Shown here piece after piece: positions 37,118 to 50,100 of a DNA stretch of 64,000 nucleotides (the first letter of the stretch is position 1; every line of letters starts with the position of its first letter). The translations under genes and the position numbers were made by a program. The stretch spans positions 4,655,925-4,719,924 of the forward strand of contig OZ316896.1 of assembly GCA_973895155.1 (NCBI GenBank), written 5' to 3'. Source of the stretch: Marsupella aquatica (Eukaryota > Plantae > Marchantiophyta). The notes beneath the pieces were generated by a model, which was not told where the DNA came from, ran no database searches, and worked only from the letters and a program-made list of their open reading frames with translations.

Positions 37118-37695
37118 AAGTTAGTTAGTTGGTTAGTTTATTTAAGATATAATATTAGTTAGTGGGGCCTTAGTTTGGTGATATTAAGGCATGATATTAT
37201 TGACATTCAAATGAGTGTCCAGTAGACATTGTAATATACAACAATCCTATTAATAAATAATAATTATAGTTACACCCTCAAGTGAACTCAACTTTCAATG
37301 ATTTCTGATTTTATATGGTTCCGTGCCTGATTGAGTCAAAGCAATAGAAACTAACTAATTAAAGGGTGATACTATAATTGTAGGTCAGGCACCCTGGTGC
37401 GTGTCAATCTTTTTTGTATTCAACCCTATAGTAATTAAATAGACAAGTTAGTTAGTTGGTTAGTTTATTTAAGATATAATATTAGTTAGTGGGCCCTTAG
37501 TTTGGTGATATTAAGGCATGATATTATTGACATTCAAATGAATGTCAAGTAGACATTGTAATATACAACAATCCTATTAATTGTTGTAAAGAAACTAATT
37601 AATTAAAGGGTGGTACTTACTATGATTGTAGGTCATGCACCCTGGTGCGTGTCAATCTTTTTTGTATTCAACCCTATAATAATTAAATAGACAAT
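37118..37695. repeat. Subterminal tandem duplication of the DNA transposon, AT-rich, 2 copies
   Basis: aagttagttagttggttagtttatttaagatataat...caaccctata.taattaaatagacaa repeated with an internal indel. Confidence 0.8.
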
Positions 37696-38039
37696 TGAAA
37701 CAATGAATGATAGTTTAATTAAGGATTTGTGCATGGATCAAGAGGTACTTGATGTCATTTAGTGATGCATTGTTATAAAGATTTTGCAACAAAACATTTG
37801 AAGTTTTTGACTATCCCACCAAATGTTAAAGAGGTTGATCATTCATTAACTAATAATATTTAGATAAAATTGGAATTAATCTAATACTTCAGTATTCCTT
37901 AAATTGGGGTTACAAGGACAAAGGAATAGGACCAAAAAAACATGTCACCCCTTGGATGCATATATGACGTGACAACAACATCGAGCCTTGACAACTCTGA
38001 CTCTTAGTCGACTCGCTCCTTCCCTCCTTGACTTTTCAC

Positions 38040-38555
38040 TTCACAACGTCTTTCACATAACAACAGCTTGGGCGAAATGACACCTTTTTTCTTATAACAT
38101 CTTTTACTTCACTATATCTTTGGCAAAATTACACCTTTTTCATAACAACATCTTTCACATAATGACATCTTTGGGCAAAATGACTTCTTTTTCTTACCGA
38201 CACCTTTTTACTTCATGATATCTTTCACATAACAACATTTTTTTTCTTAACAACATATTTTGTGCAACACACGGGTACTTTCCCTCAACGATGTCATGGC
38301 CGTCACACCACTTTTCTCTTAACGATGTCTTTGCTGACACAACATCTTTTTTTCTCAACAACGTCTTGGCCGATATGACAATTTTTTCCTTAATATATGA
38401 CATCTTGCCTGACACAACATCTTTTTTCTCAACAACCTCGTGGCCAACACAACATCTTTTTTGTCAACGTCAACCTCTTGGCTGACATGACATCGTTTTT
38501 CTCAACCAAATCTTGGCCGACATGACATCTTGGCCGACAAGATATCTTTTGTGCA
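38040..38555. repeat. Degenerate low-complexity tandem repeat (acatcttttttctcaacaac-like)
   Basis: Recurrent imperfect units visible. Confidence 0.6.
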
Positions 38556-39083
38556 ACGCATGGGTACTGAGCTAGTTGTAATATATTGAATAGTCAGGGA
38601 GGCTTCCCACTATTTGAATGATATTCGAATCTGGCAACAATCCGTTGGGCAAATTTCTTAATGGATATAACTGCAGGCATAGTATACTCAGTGTTTTGAG
38701 ACATATTCCTACTACATTCAAGAGCAAGTGGCCCTTAACACACTAACTCTTTCAAGAAGTCATTTAAAAGTTTAGTTTCCCTTTGACTCCCGCTTTCACT
38801 CCACGTACATTAAAATTAAGCAATTCCATATTAATCATCCCTGAAAATTTTATTAATTAACACAGTTTGAAAATTTGAATATCCCTAAAATGATTGCGAG
38901 TTTGGCTGTAGACCCCTTATTAAAAATGCCATAGAATCTGGGGTTGACAGAGTTTCTAAATCAAAACAAGCTAAGTCAATTTTTAAGACAATAACAATCA
39001 TCTTTGGATTTAGTCACTTCAGTTGATAAGTACAGGAGTTTACTGGACAAAGATGAAGCTTGACATATTAATTGTCAATTGGA

Positions 39084-39118
<35 letters not shown>
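39084..39118. repeat. (TCTA)n microsatellite
   Basis: Directly visible. Confidence 0.9.
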
Positions 39119-41462
39119 AAAGAATAAAACACTTCAGTGTCTTATATATCAAAAGAAAGTTGCATATTACCCTAGGTAAAGTGTCACACTGAGGAAGTTT
39201 GAACAATGACCTAACTTGCTCATACTAGTACAGTAGAGATCACTCTTCAGAAATTGGAGACTAAATAGAGAGGAGAGGAATGTTCATTGAGCAGCTTGTT
39301 AGCTTGTCAAGCTATGGTGGATCATGTTAGTGCTTAATTAGTGTTTTCTTCTCTCGACTATAAACTTAGCCGAGACAAACTGAACAATGTGTCTTTGTGT
39401 TAGTGTCCATTGTATGCTGTATACTCGTTCCATGCAATGTCCTGCTGATCAATGTCGTCCAAACACTCCCTCTTCCTGGTTGTACTCGTCCGAGAAGGGT
39501 TTTGTGAGTATAATTGAGTACATATGGTCTATTGCCTGGCTATGACTATTTTGCAGAAAGGGTGAGCTTGAACTTCCACCTCCCCTAAAAGCTTGTGCCA
39601 CTTTTGGCCAAAATTTGCTAGTATTTTTCTGTCTCATTAACCAGTGTCCCACCTAATCATAGGCCCCATTAGCCAGCCAGAATCTAACAGTCATCCTTAA
39701 ATTTAAGATCTGATGGTCAAGAAAATAATTAGATAAGAAATATTTTTGTACATTTGCCACTTTGACTAAAAAGTTCCCAAGGACTCACTAATCTCATCTC
39801 ACACGAATAACGAAACAATGTTCGTTCATGCAACTAAAGAAATGATCTCAAATATGGTCACTCTAACTTTCCTTTCTTCGTCTTCTGTGAAAAATATACA
39901 AACATGATGCTTCCAGAAGCAATTTGCCCGGATGCAATTTTAGTCTGCTCTGTTTTGTTTTGCGCTGCCATATTATTAGGCACTGAGCTCTTGGGGCGCG
40001 TGCAGCATAAGTTTAAAGTGGCTTCTGTGCTTAATTCTTACCATGAATCCAAGTGTCAACTATTAATACGTACAGTCCTAGTACTGCCTAAACTCGTAAA
40101 CTATAGATCAACCGAGACGGTTGTCCCTTCCTTCCACATGCCCTGCTAATAAAAATAATAATATCGTAGGGTCTTTGTACAGTTGTGTGGCTGCTGATGG
40201 TCCGATCCACAGTGAGAACCAAGTGTTCGTCCTACGTGTATCCTTTCCCGGAACCAATCTGCAGATTGTCTGCTTGAGGCCAGAGACAATACACTACTAC
40301 AGGCCTGACTTATCATTACCGTAGCATCCGGGCTACGCCGGAGCAGATCGATGGATGAATGGATCCTTCGGGAAATAGCAGGCAGGGAAAGAGCGCTGCC
40401 TTTGCTCCATGTTGGCGAAAACGCGGAATGACCACCAAAGTCAAACGTGGACTCGTTCGACTGTGTAGAACTGTAGATTCACAAATCACATCATCACAAC
40501 GCTTCGCTTCTACGTGAGAAGTTGGGAACTACTTCACTACGGGACAGCAGCTAAACTAAGCAAATTAAAGCCGACTCTATGGACAAATTATTACTGTAGA
40601 ACATTTCGAAATCCAAATTAGAACTCTTGCGATCTTCGCCGTTGCTCGTTCGCAGAAATCTGTCAGGGGGCCTCGCAGTGTCGCTTTCTGGGGCTGGCCA
40701 GGTCTCTTGCCAGGAAGGATCGATCCTGACACATAGATCGGTGTTTTTGTTTGTTCAGTGGCCATCAGTCTGCACGCCATCGTCATTTATCGCGCCCTAG
40801 GTTTAACTGTACAAGTACAGTAATGCTGGTGGTTATTGTTATGATTTTTTTTGTCCACTCAGCCTCGATCTGTCATCCTTGTTACTTCCGGTTTCTTCTC
40901 TACTCCTCTTTTTGACACGGAATACTCAGGACCCTTTCTTAGTAAACGATTCGATCAACACCTCAAGAAGGAAGGGCAAGCGTTATTTACTACCTGCCCT
41001 AAACGAGAGGCTGTGCTGCTTTCAGGTCTCGACGCACTGTTTCTGACCTACTTCCTCCTTCGATTTCGATGCAATCCGTGGCACCTTGAAAATGTCTTCT
41101 TGCGCTAGCTGCGCATCTATATAACTTCTGTATCGACCCAGACAGAATAAAACGCGTCATACGTCTATTTCCTTGCTGTACTCGCTCCCTTCCAAAAGGC
41201 TTGACAGCCATGTAGATTTTTTCTTTCGTCGATGTTTGGAGAGAGTTTTTCGTTGCGTTCAAGTGGAGCTGTCGTCCAAGAGCTCGAGACACGCTCTCGA
41301 TCTTCCTGCAAGTGCGCAAATTCGTGGAATTTTGATTTCTGATGTGAGAACGATATGTCGAGTTTCACAATGTGTGCCTGCAATTCTTGAACTAGCTTAG
41401 GTGTGACTTCAGTTGCCCGATAACGAATTCTGGCCCAGGGGAAGGTGGTCGGGGAAGTGACG

Positions 41463-44400
41463 ATGAGGAGCAAATCACCGGCGTGGCGCGCTCAGCTTGG
41501 TCTGATGGCCTGCAGCGGACGTGTTCTCTTGGGCCTGTTTCAGTTCCTTGCCTTCTTGTGCATTGTATGTGGCCAGCAGGAGACGGGATTTTTTCTGAGA
41601 GAGTTGAACTCCTCGTCGGTCAACTGCTCTGGGAGCTCCTCACCAACGCCGGATAACGTGCCAGGATTGCGACACGCTGCTTGCCTCACCCCATTTCCAT
41701 GTATCGGCGACACGGCACGGGCACAAATTGCTGGGCAGTGCACTTACAATAAATTGATCCAGCTTCCACATTCGCCTTCTCGGGCGCGCTCTTTCAGTAC
41801 GATGTTCAGTTTCAACACGCTGAAATATCCGACCTACTTACCTGGAGAGGGCTTCACGTTCTTCTTGGCCCCTGCAAATCCTGACAATGTTAGCGACAGG
41901 GTTGGCGGCGATCTCGGGTGGCTTAGCCAATCCGCCATAGCTTCGGGCAATTACTCGGGCCACAACTTCGCGGTCGAGTTCGACCTCGTCAGTCAGACTA
42001 CCGGTGGATTTAATGATCCACCCGGTGAACATGTGGGCATCAACCTCAACAACCTAAATTCTACTTTGTTGAAATTGTTTGGTTCGGGCGATGATCTCAC
42101 AAGTCTTTCGAGTGTCGCTACGCTGTTTGTTTGGATCGATTACGATGGCGATAAGAAGTGGATTGACGTGCGACTCAGTCAAGAAGGCTCGAAGCCTTGC
42201 AAGTCTCTCCTCGTTGGCTCTATTGATCTAACAGACGTTCTTCTCGACACAATGTCCTTGGGCTTTTCCTCCTCGACTGGAGCTGCGAGCGATTCCACTC
42301 CCTACAATACTCAGACGACAATTTTTGATTGGAGTGTTAGCACCTCTGGCAAGGCAAGCGATGGCACGAACCATTTCTCCTCGATTGATTGCCACATTAG
42401 ACACTAGCTAGCTCTCCTAGACTTTCTGGAAAGCTTGGTCTGTTCATCCATCGATCTCTCTATCGTGATGTTAGACTTTAGACAGGAGCTCGCAAGCATC
42501 TTCAAATAGTCGTGTGCATCTATGCAGCCCTCCAGAATGATGTACTGATATTTGCTTGCGTCTGCAGGCTACAAATATTTACCGCCATGACGAGCGTTGC
42601 GGTCTCGTGGTGTCCAAGACAACGATTCTCGGTATCATCATCGGTCTCCTGAGCTTCCTCGTCCTTGTCATGCTTGGCCTGATTCTTTTCTTAAACTACG
42701 TCAAAACGAGAAAAGTGTCGGATTTGGAGAGGGAAAGGGCTGAGCTGCTAGCGGAGCTGAAGAATTTGGATTTTGGGGCACGGGCATTCACCTATCAAGA
42801 ACTTTTGGTAGCAACCGAACAGTAAGACACTGAACTTGCGCGAAAATGTGCCATGCGTTTCGTTTCGATAACCGTATCATCTTTAAGTGCATGCCCAGTA
42901 GTGATTTGAGCCTGGTAGCACATGTGAATGCTATCGAATTGTCAGTAAGGTACTTGAGATTGACAATGATCGCGAATTTTCAGGTTGGAGATGTATGTAC
43001 ATGATCGTTAGATCGCCACAGATTTGCCATGGTTTCAAGTGTAATTCTTATGGAGAGTGTTTCATGGTTTGATCCACCAGGTTCACACATAAAATTGGGA
43101 ATGGAGGTTTTGGAACGGTGTTCAAGGGCACTCTAGTGTCCCACGTCAAGGGCGACGATACGATTATTGCTGTCAAAATGATTAAAAAGACGCCGGACTC
43201 TGCCGACGACGCCAAGCAGCTGGTAGCGGAGGTGAAGGTGCTTGGCAGGTTGAGGCACGTTAATATCGTCCCCGTTCTCGGATGGTGTGCCGAACGAGGG
43301 CAAATGCTTCTCGTATACAAGTACATGGAAAACGGCGACCTCGATCAGTGGATGTTCCCTGCTGATTATGAAATCGAAGGTAAATAAATAAAGACAGTAC
43401 GATTGTGAAGGGCTGTAGATGTACCAATGACGTGCAATTGATGAAACAGTTTTTTGTAACAGCAGAAGCTGTTTGCGATGTACAGAAGAGCTATCGAAAG
43501 GGGCCGTAGCCACAAAGACTATTTGTTCGTGTTGCATGCGAAGTAACGATTTTCTCGCGGATCAGCAGTTTGCTAATGCTCGGCCTGGCTGTTAAACGTG
43601 TGCAGAAAAGGCAATCTTTAGTTGGGTGAAACGGATGAGCATTCTAAGAGGTGTAGCGTCCGCACTTAAGTTTTTGCACGAGGACTTTGAGTCCGATAAC
43701 ACTGTACTTCATCGGGACATCAAAACCAGGTTAGTTTTCCAAGAAAAATGGACTAATTTTGAACGAAGTACAAGAGCAAGCTATATCAGAATTAGTATGA
43801 TGGAGCTAAGTGCCACTGCATCTCATTTTTTATGGCTCGGTCCTTTCATGGCTCAGGAACGTCATGATCGACAGCAATTTCAATGCTCGCCTTGGGGATT
43901 TCGGGTTGGCCCGACTTTGCGACCGCAGCAGCCACGGATATCATAGCCAACAATTGGTTGCCACACCAGGATACATAGCGCCCGAGTACATGGCGACAAT
44001 GGGAGCTACCAAAGAGACCGACGTCTATAGTTTTGGAGTCCTAGCGCTGGTAGTCGCAACCGGCAGGTAACGACAATTGTCTTCAACTAAATTTCTGAAT
44101 GTGGACCAAGTGACTAGTACAGTTTATCAGTTTCCAAATAGACAATTGCATCAGCAATCTAGCGAATTCGTTACAAACACAAACAGATTCGCCCACGCTC
44201 TTGGACTGTAAGTGTTTCCTGCTTGTCGTCCTATTTGATTTTTAGGACGGACGTGGTGCCAGCAGATACTGACGTCTTGTGTGGCTGTCCTCGCAGGAAG
44301 CCTCTTGATGCAAAAGGAGGCCTAGCCAGGTGGGTGCGAGAACTCGATGGCGATGGAACGATAGCCGAGGCCGGGGATTCCAAACTCATGAACTACGATC

Positions 44401-44672
44401 AAACCTTCAGCCTACAGGAGATGGAAAGAGTGCTGAAAATAGGACTGTTTTGCTGCAACTTTGAACCCTCTCATCGGCCGTTAATGCATGAAGTTGTCAC
44501 CGCCCTACAAGGAGATTCCTCGATCTTCTCAGACTCGTTCCCTTCGTATTCACACCAGGAATCAGCCCACGTTTTTGATTTCCCAGCAGCGGACTACGAA
44601 GACGTAACTTTACCGTTTGACGAGTACTACAGCAGTCAGGATGCCATGTTGTCCAAGATCGACATCGACTAG
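41463..44672 (+). CDS. L-type lectin receptor-like kinase (LecRK), 6 exons: 41463-42353, 42568-42821, 43081-43379, 43606-43729, 43857-44066, 44297-44672
   Basis: Signal-like N-terminus, legume lectin motifs ([33 protein letters not shown]), a TM helix, and kinase motifs GNGGFG, IAVK, HRDIK, DFG, YIAPE, DVYSFG; splice phases are consistent. Confidence 0.93.
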
Positions 44673-45879
44673 TACTACTTTCGTGAAGTATGATTCGAAA
44701 TTCATCACCAATTTCAACATGGAGTCACTTGGTTTCCCTGTGTCGATGTACTTCGTGAAATATGACTTCGGCGAACGTCTTCTTACCCATTTTTGTAGAT
44801 GTCGGGGTCATCATAAAGACATGAGTATTTTGTCTGGTTCTGTAAATTATAGATGTCGGGGACATTATGTAGACCCTAAGTCTCATTTCTCAGGTTCTGT
44901 AAATTGGGTACCAGAGAGAATCAAATAGTTATTGGAGACTTTGTACAGTAGTGTTAGGAATAGGTGAATCACAAATGTTTTGAGAGAATTTACCATCATA
45001 ATTGGTTTGTGGGTTGTCGTATAGACTCCCATCATACTCTTCCTTACTTTCCTTATGAGCCAGAGCCGTCGATAGTGCGATCCTCGAATTGCCGCCTAGC
45101 TAGGAGAGGTGCACAAGAACTGCTGTAAACCTTTTACTGCGACTCACAGCTGACCTTTGTATCCATCTCTCTGAGCCTCTTAACTTTCTCCCAGCATTGA
45201 TGATCTCTTCACTTGTTCTGCCTGTGTACTCGTAGTTTCCGTGTTTCGCGTGATTGAATCTTGGGCTCCGCTGAGATTTGTTCAAGGATGTTCATCCCCA
45301 TATTAGCCAGGGAGCGAGATTCCAAAACGTGCTCTGTGAAGTAGAATTAGTCTAGGCAATACGGCATTGCTTACCTATCGCGACCTTGTACTTTATTGAT
45401 TTGGTCAACATGACCGTGATGAGGTTCCAACATACTGTCATTGTATTGGTGTCAAACGCTAATAAATTGACTGCAACTGCTACACGCAAACTGTACATTG
45501 TCACTTACTTTATTGTAACGCTCCAACTGCTACGGACGACTGTACGCTGTTATCCTCTCTTACAACCACGTAATGAAAGGTTGACGACAGCCAAGGTACA
45601 ACTAGCATCTGGATATCCTTTGACAAGTGTTATGCTGCTACTCTTTGCCATGTAAAGCAAGAGAAACTGGAAGATAGTGTCTGTTTCGATCATTGAAAAG
45701 AGAACTGTATCAGTTCTTCATTATTTTGATCGAGATCGTATCTGCCATGTTTCTTGTCTGAGTGGACCCTCCTTGAGGGAACACCTTTCACTTACTCTTT
45801 TGTGTGTCCATTTCCCATTCTCGGAAGGACTTGTCTCACGGAGTGTGCATTTCCCTTTCTCAGAAGGACTTGTGCATCT

Positions 45880-46900
45880 CCCAGTAATTAAATTTCTTGT
45901 TTGGTTGCTTCCCTCTCGTTTGGCCTCTTTGTATTTCTTGTTTGGTTGCTTCCCTCTCGTTTGGCCTCTTTGTATGCTTCCTTTGTGAATTTGGTTGCTT
46001 CCCTCTCGTTTGGCCTCTTTGTATGCTTCCTTTGTGAATGGAATGCCCCCCTCTTTGTATTTCTTGTTTGGTTGCTTCCCTCTAGTTTGGCCTCTTTGTA
46101 TGCTTCCTTTGTGAATGGAATGCCCTTGTGGACGCCTCTTTTGTATGATGTCCTTGTGAATGGAATTCAAAAAAATCTTTCAAAGCAAAAAAAACAGGAC
46201 TTGTCTCTCTAGAGGTTTTGAATCGTTCCTGTGTCCCAGTTTCTACCCACACAGCAAGAAGATACTGTTTTCAAGTGAGGAAGCAATATGGTGTGTAGGT
46301 ACTGTGTGCATGAGGCCTGCATTCGCGAAGGGACTCCATGGACTCAAGGGTGTGCTCTTCAATCATGGACTCAATGGACCAAAGAGAAAGTCAAGTGGTG
46401 GTACTACTGTACATTGTCAGAAAGACAACTAAGAAAAAAGAGTCATGGACTCAATGGACGGACGAGAAAGTCAAGTGATGGTACTACTGTACGTTGTCAG
46501 AAAGACAACTAAGAAAAAAGAATCAGAAAAGACAAACGCGGGAGCTAAATGCTTTAGAACACTAAAAGGCATCCAATCACCAATTTCTGAGCGAAATCCA
46601 AACAATAATTCCTCCCAGTCTCCACATTGGTGCGATCGAAACTCTGTAAATCAATCGTGCAAGCGGTGCGATAAAAACTCGGTAAATCAGTCATGCAAGC
46701 GGTGCGATCGAAACTCTGTAAATCAGTCGTGCAAGCAATGCGCCAGCACACGTGCTTCTCAATTTTTTATCTCCGCTTGTATAGAGTTGAGAGGCTTCGG
46801 GCTTATCTGTGGATTGATTTTCATGACACATTTTTTATCTCCGCTTGTATAGAGTTGAGAGGCTTCGGGCTTATCTGTGGATTGATTTTCATGACACTTA
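45880..46900. repeat. Composite block of several short tandem repeats between convergent genes
   Basis: tttggttgcttccctctcgtttggcctctttgtat x4; ~80 bp x2 at 46360-46520; 36 bp x3 at 46630-46740; ~70 bp x2 at 46762-46897. Confidence 0.8.
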
Positions 46901-47182
46901 TCTTTCAACGGAAAATTAATAATTGGAGGGAAACGATGATCAAGTTGCCAACCAAAATTTCCCCTGGTGCTGCAGTATAGGTTGACGAAGCACCCATTTC
47001 TCAACCAGGGCAAGCATCGGAATGCACAGCTCATTGTTTTGTTTTGTTGGCAAATGCAACAATATACTAGGAACACTGAAAAGATTCAATCTAACATTTT
47101 CCATGCTAGCGAAACCTTCACTCAGGTATAGAGGGACTCCATTAATCTGGTAGTAGGCCAAATTTCAGTTTAACCTAGTTTT

Positions 47183-50100
47183 CTACGAACCAAAGAAATA
47201 ACCAAAACAGGGGCGTATACCCTGTTTCCATGCTCCACTTAGATCCTCGATGTCGCTGGACATATCTGATCGAGGACTCTGGTGCCTATCGTCTTCGACT
47301 GGTGTGATTTCAGATGTTTCCCTTCTCCACCTTGAATCTCCCTCGCTCACGAATCTTCTCTTCTTCTTCCTGATGATTATCTTTCTCGTGATCAAGGCCC
47401 CACAAATTGGGCAGATCAACTCGTACGTCGTTTGCCCACGCAACACCTTCTCAACGTCGTACTTCAACGCATCGTCATGCTCGTGAAGGTTGTGATGGTG
47501 AAGATGCTGGCCGAGTGGTGGTTCACTGGTGACGTCCAGATCCTCCACCTCACTAGCATAATCCCGTCTACTACCACGATAGATCAACGGCCTCCGGGTT
47601 ACTAAGGGAGCCAAGTCCCCAGACTCCGAATTTCTTGGAGAAGGTGCTGGAAGTGATCGTGGGGTTGTCTCAAAACCTTGGAAAGAGTTTGAGCCTGCTG
47701 TGTAATCCGACTTCACAACCGCTCTTGGTGAAGCACCGTTCAAAGCTCTGGACGCCCTCGATCTATCATCTTTGAAAGACGGTGCTTTTCGCCTTCTCCT
47801 CCTCAAAGATGGAGATCCGCCATCATCCTCATCAGGCTCGTCCAAAGGCGTTGGCGTCCCTCTTTTGCCTCCTAGATCTTTGGCGGAGAGTTTGTCTCTG
47901 GCGTCGGCAGTACGTTTGAAAACAAGGGATTCTCCATCAGGTCCGTCGAGCACCATATACTCACTTTTCGTCAGGTCTTCCCAGTCTGCCCAGCGTCTCG
48001 TTCCCAAGGGAAGGTTCATAGCTGTTGGGAGGCCAGTGGGAAACTCAGGTTCAGAGGAAAATTCCCCATCATGAGTATCCTCGAAAGATGGTGATGAATG
48101 TCTACTGCCAGCAGGTGTGTACTCATTTTTCTGGACGACTTCCCGATCGTCTTCCCAGAGATTGTCTACACCAGGTTGAACAGGTTCGTACCGAGAGGTG
48201 TCTTCGTTGTCACCCAGGTCCTTTCTTCCCTGTCTTGAACCTAGGCCTGAATCTACAACGTTAAGGTTCATTGGCAAACTATTTCTAGACACCTCTGGCT
48301 CCAACTTTGCTTTTGGAAAACAGAACAGATCACCTTCGTCGGGAACTGAAGTCACCATTGCGTCGGGTTGCTTCCCGCGGCTCATGCCATCAATCTCCTG
48401 TTCAGAATTCATAGCTGTGTCAGAATTACTAGCGACAGGAGGTGTTTCCAAGGGTTCCACCGATCCTGCTCGCTTATTACTCCCGCTATCTACAATATTA
48501 CTGTCTGCATGATTTGGAGATTCAAGCCCATTTTCATGTTCGCCATCACCAAGGTCAGACTCCAACACAGGACTCGATCTCTCCGGTCTGCTCAAACGTT
48601 CACTCTCTGCACCAGAATGTTCAGAAGTATTAATATTATTATAGTTTGAGAAGTTTCATAGTTAGCTGTTTTCTCAAAAGATGGTGAACACCCTCTTAGA
48701 TATCCATAATAGGATTCGACTGACCTCTTACCACGTCATCCCAGTCTTCCCAGTTTGTTAATGCTGAAGACAATTTGGATAGACCTATATTGCTACTTTG
48801 ACCAGTTTCAGACTGAAGAGGCACAGGAATGCTATCCAACAAACTTGCTCCTCGTTCGTGACCTAAACCTTCATTTAGGTCCAGCAAATCCAAAACTTTG
48901 ATTCCGGGAACCTCCAGTTTTGGACTGGAAGCACCGATAGCTGCTATAGCTTCCTCGTTTGCAGGCCCTGAATTTTTCTCTTCCACAGAGGGTTCGCTAA
49001 AGTCTATAAGCCAGTCTGAATTCTCACCCTCCGGGATATGGACTGGCAAACTTGCAGCAGCAGCTATGTCAATTCCACCACCCTCAACAAAAGACTCTGA
49101 CTCCAAAGATGTACCTGTGGTTCCCTGTCCGAGCTCGCTCACGTCTCCATGGGAGTCTACTCGAGGAGTCAGGAGGTCTCCTGAGGACTTTGGATCTTGA
49201 GCCTTTCTAAAGGTTATCCCTTCCAAAAGCTTTAGGCCCCTCTTGATCACGTCAGCAACGCCACCCTCAACAAAAGACTCGACCTCCGAGACTGTACCTG
49301 TCTTTCGCTGTCCAAGCCCGGTAACATCACCAAGGGTGTCTGCTTGAGGAGTCTGGTATTCTCCTAAGGACTCTGGATCTTGGGTTTTTCTCAAGCTTAT
49401 CCCTTCCATAAGCATATCACCGCTCTTGATCAGGTCAGTGACACCACTCTCAACAATAGACTCGAACTCCGACACTCCGCCTGTCTTTGCTTGTCCAAGC
49501 CCGCTCACATCACCAAGAGAGCCTGGAGTCTCGTATCCTCCTGAGGATTCTGGATCTTGGACCTTTCTCAAGGTTATCCCTTTCATTAGCTTTTGACCGG
49601 CTTCGATCACATCGGTAACACCACCCTCAACAAAAGACTCGAACTCCGACACAATACCTGTCTTTCCTTGTCCGAGCCCGCTCACATCACCAAGAGAGTC
49701 TACTTGAGGAGTCTCGAATTCTCCTGGGGATTCTGGATCTTGGGCCTTTCTCGATGTTATCCCTTGCACAAGCATTTGGCCGGTTTGAATCATGTCAGCA
49801 ACACCACCCGCAGCAAAAGACTCGAAGTCCGAAATTGTTGTACCTGTCTTTCCCTGTTCGAACCCGCTTACTTCACCAAGAGAGTCTACTTGACGAGTCT
49901 GGTATCCTCCTGAGGATTCTGGATCTTGGTCCTTTCTAAACGTTATCCCTTCCATAAGCATTGGACCCCTCTTGATCACATCTTCCCAGTCATCCCAGTT
50001 CGCCTCTGCTGCTGAAAGTCTCAATGCCACTTTCTTTTGTGGATCAGTTTCTTCTCCTAACCCAGGGATTAGTTCCTGCCTGTCCTGGTCTGGACTCGAG

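Larger units (their letters stand above)
7891..37911. mobile_element. Giant TIR DNA transposon (~20.2 kb without the nested retrotransposon) with Sola1-like DDD transposase and multi-domain cargo
   Basis: Perfect 17-bp TIRs: AACCCCAATTTAAGGAA at 7891-7907 and TTCCTTAAATTGGGGTT at 37895-37911. Identical 10-bp flanks ACAAGGACAA at 7881-7890 and 37912-37921. Internal transposase present. Confidence 0.9.
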
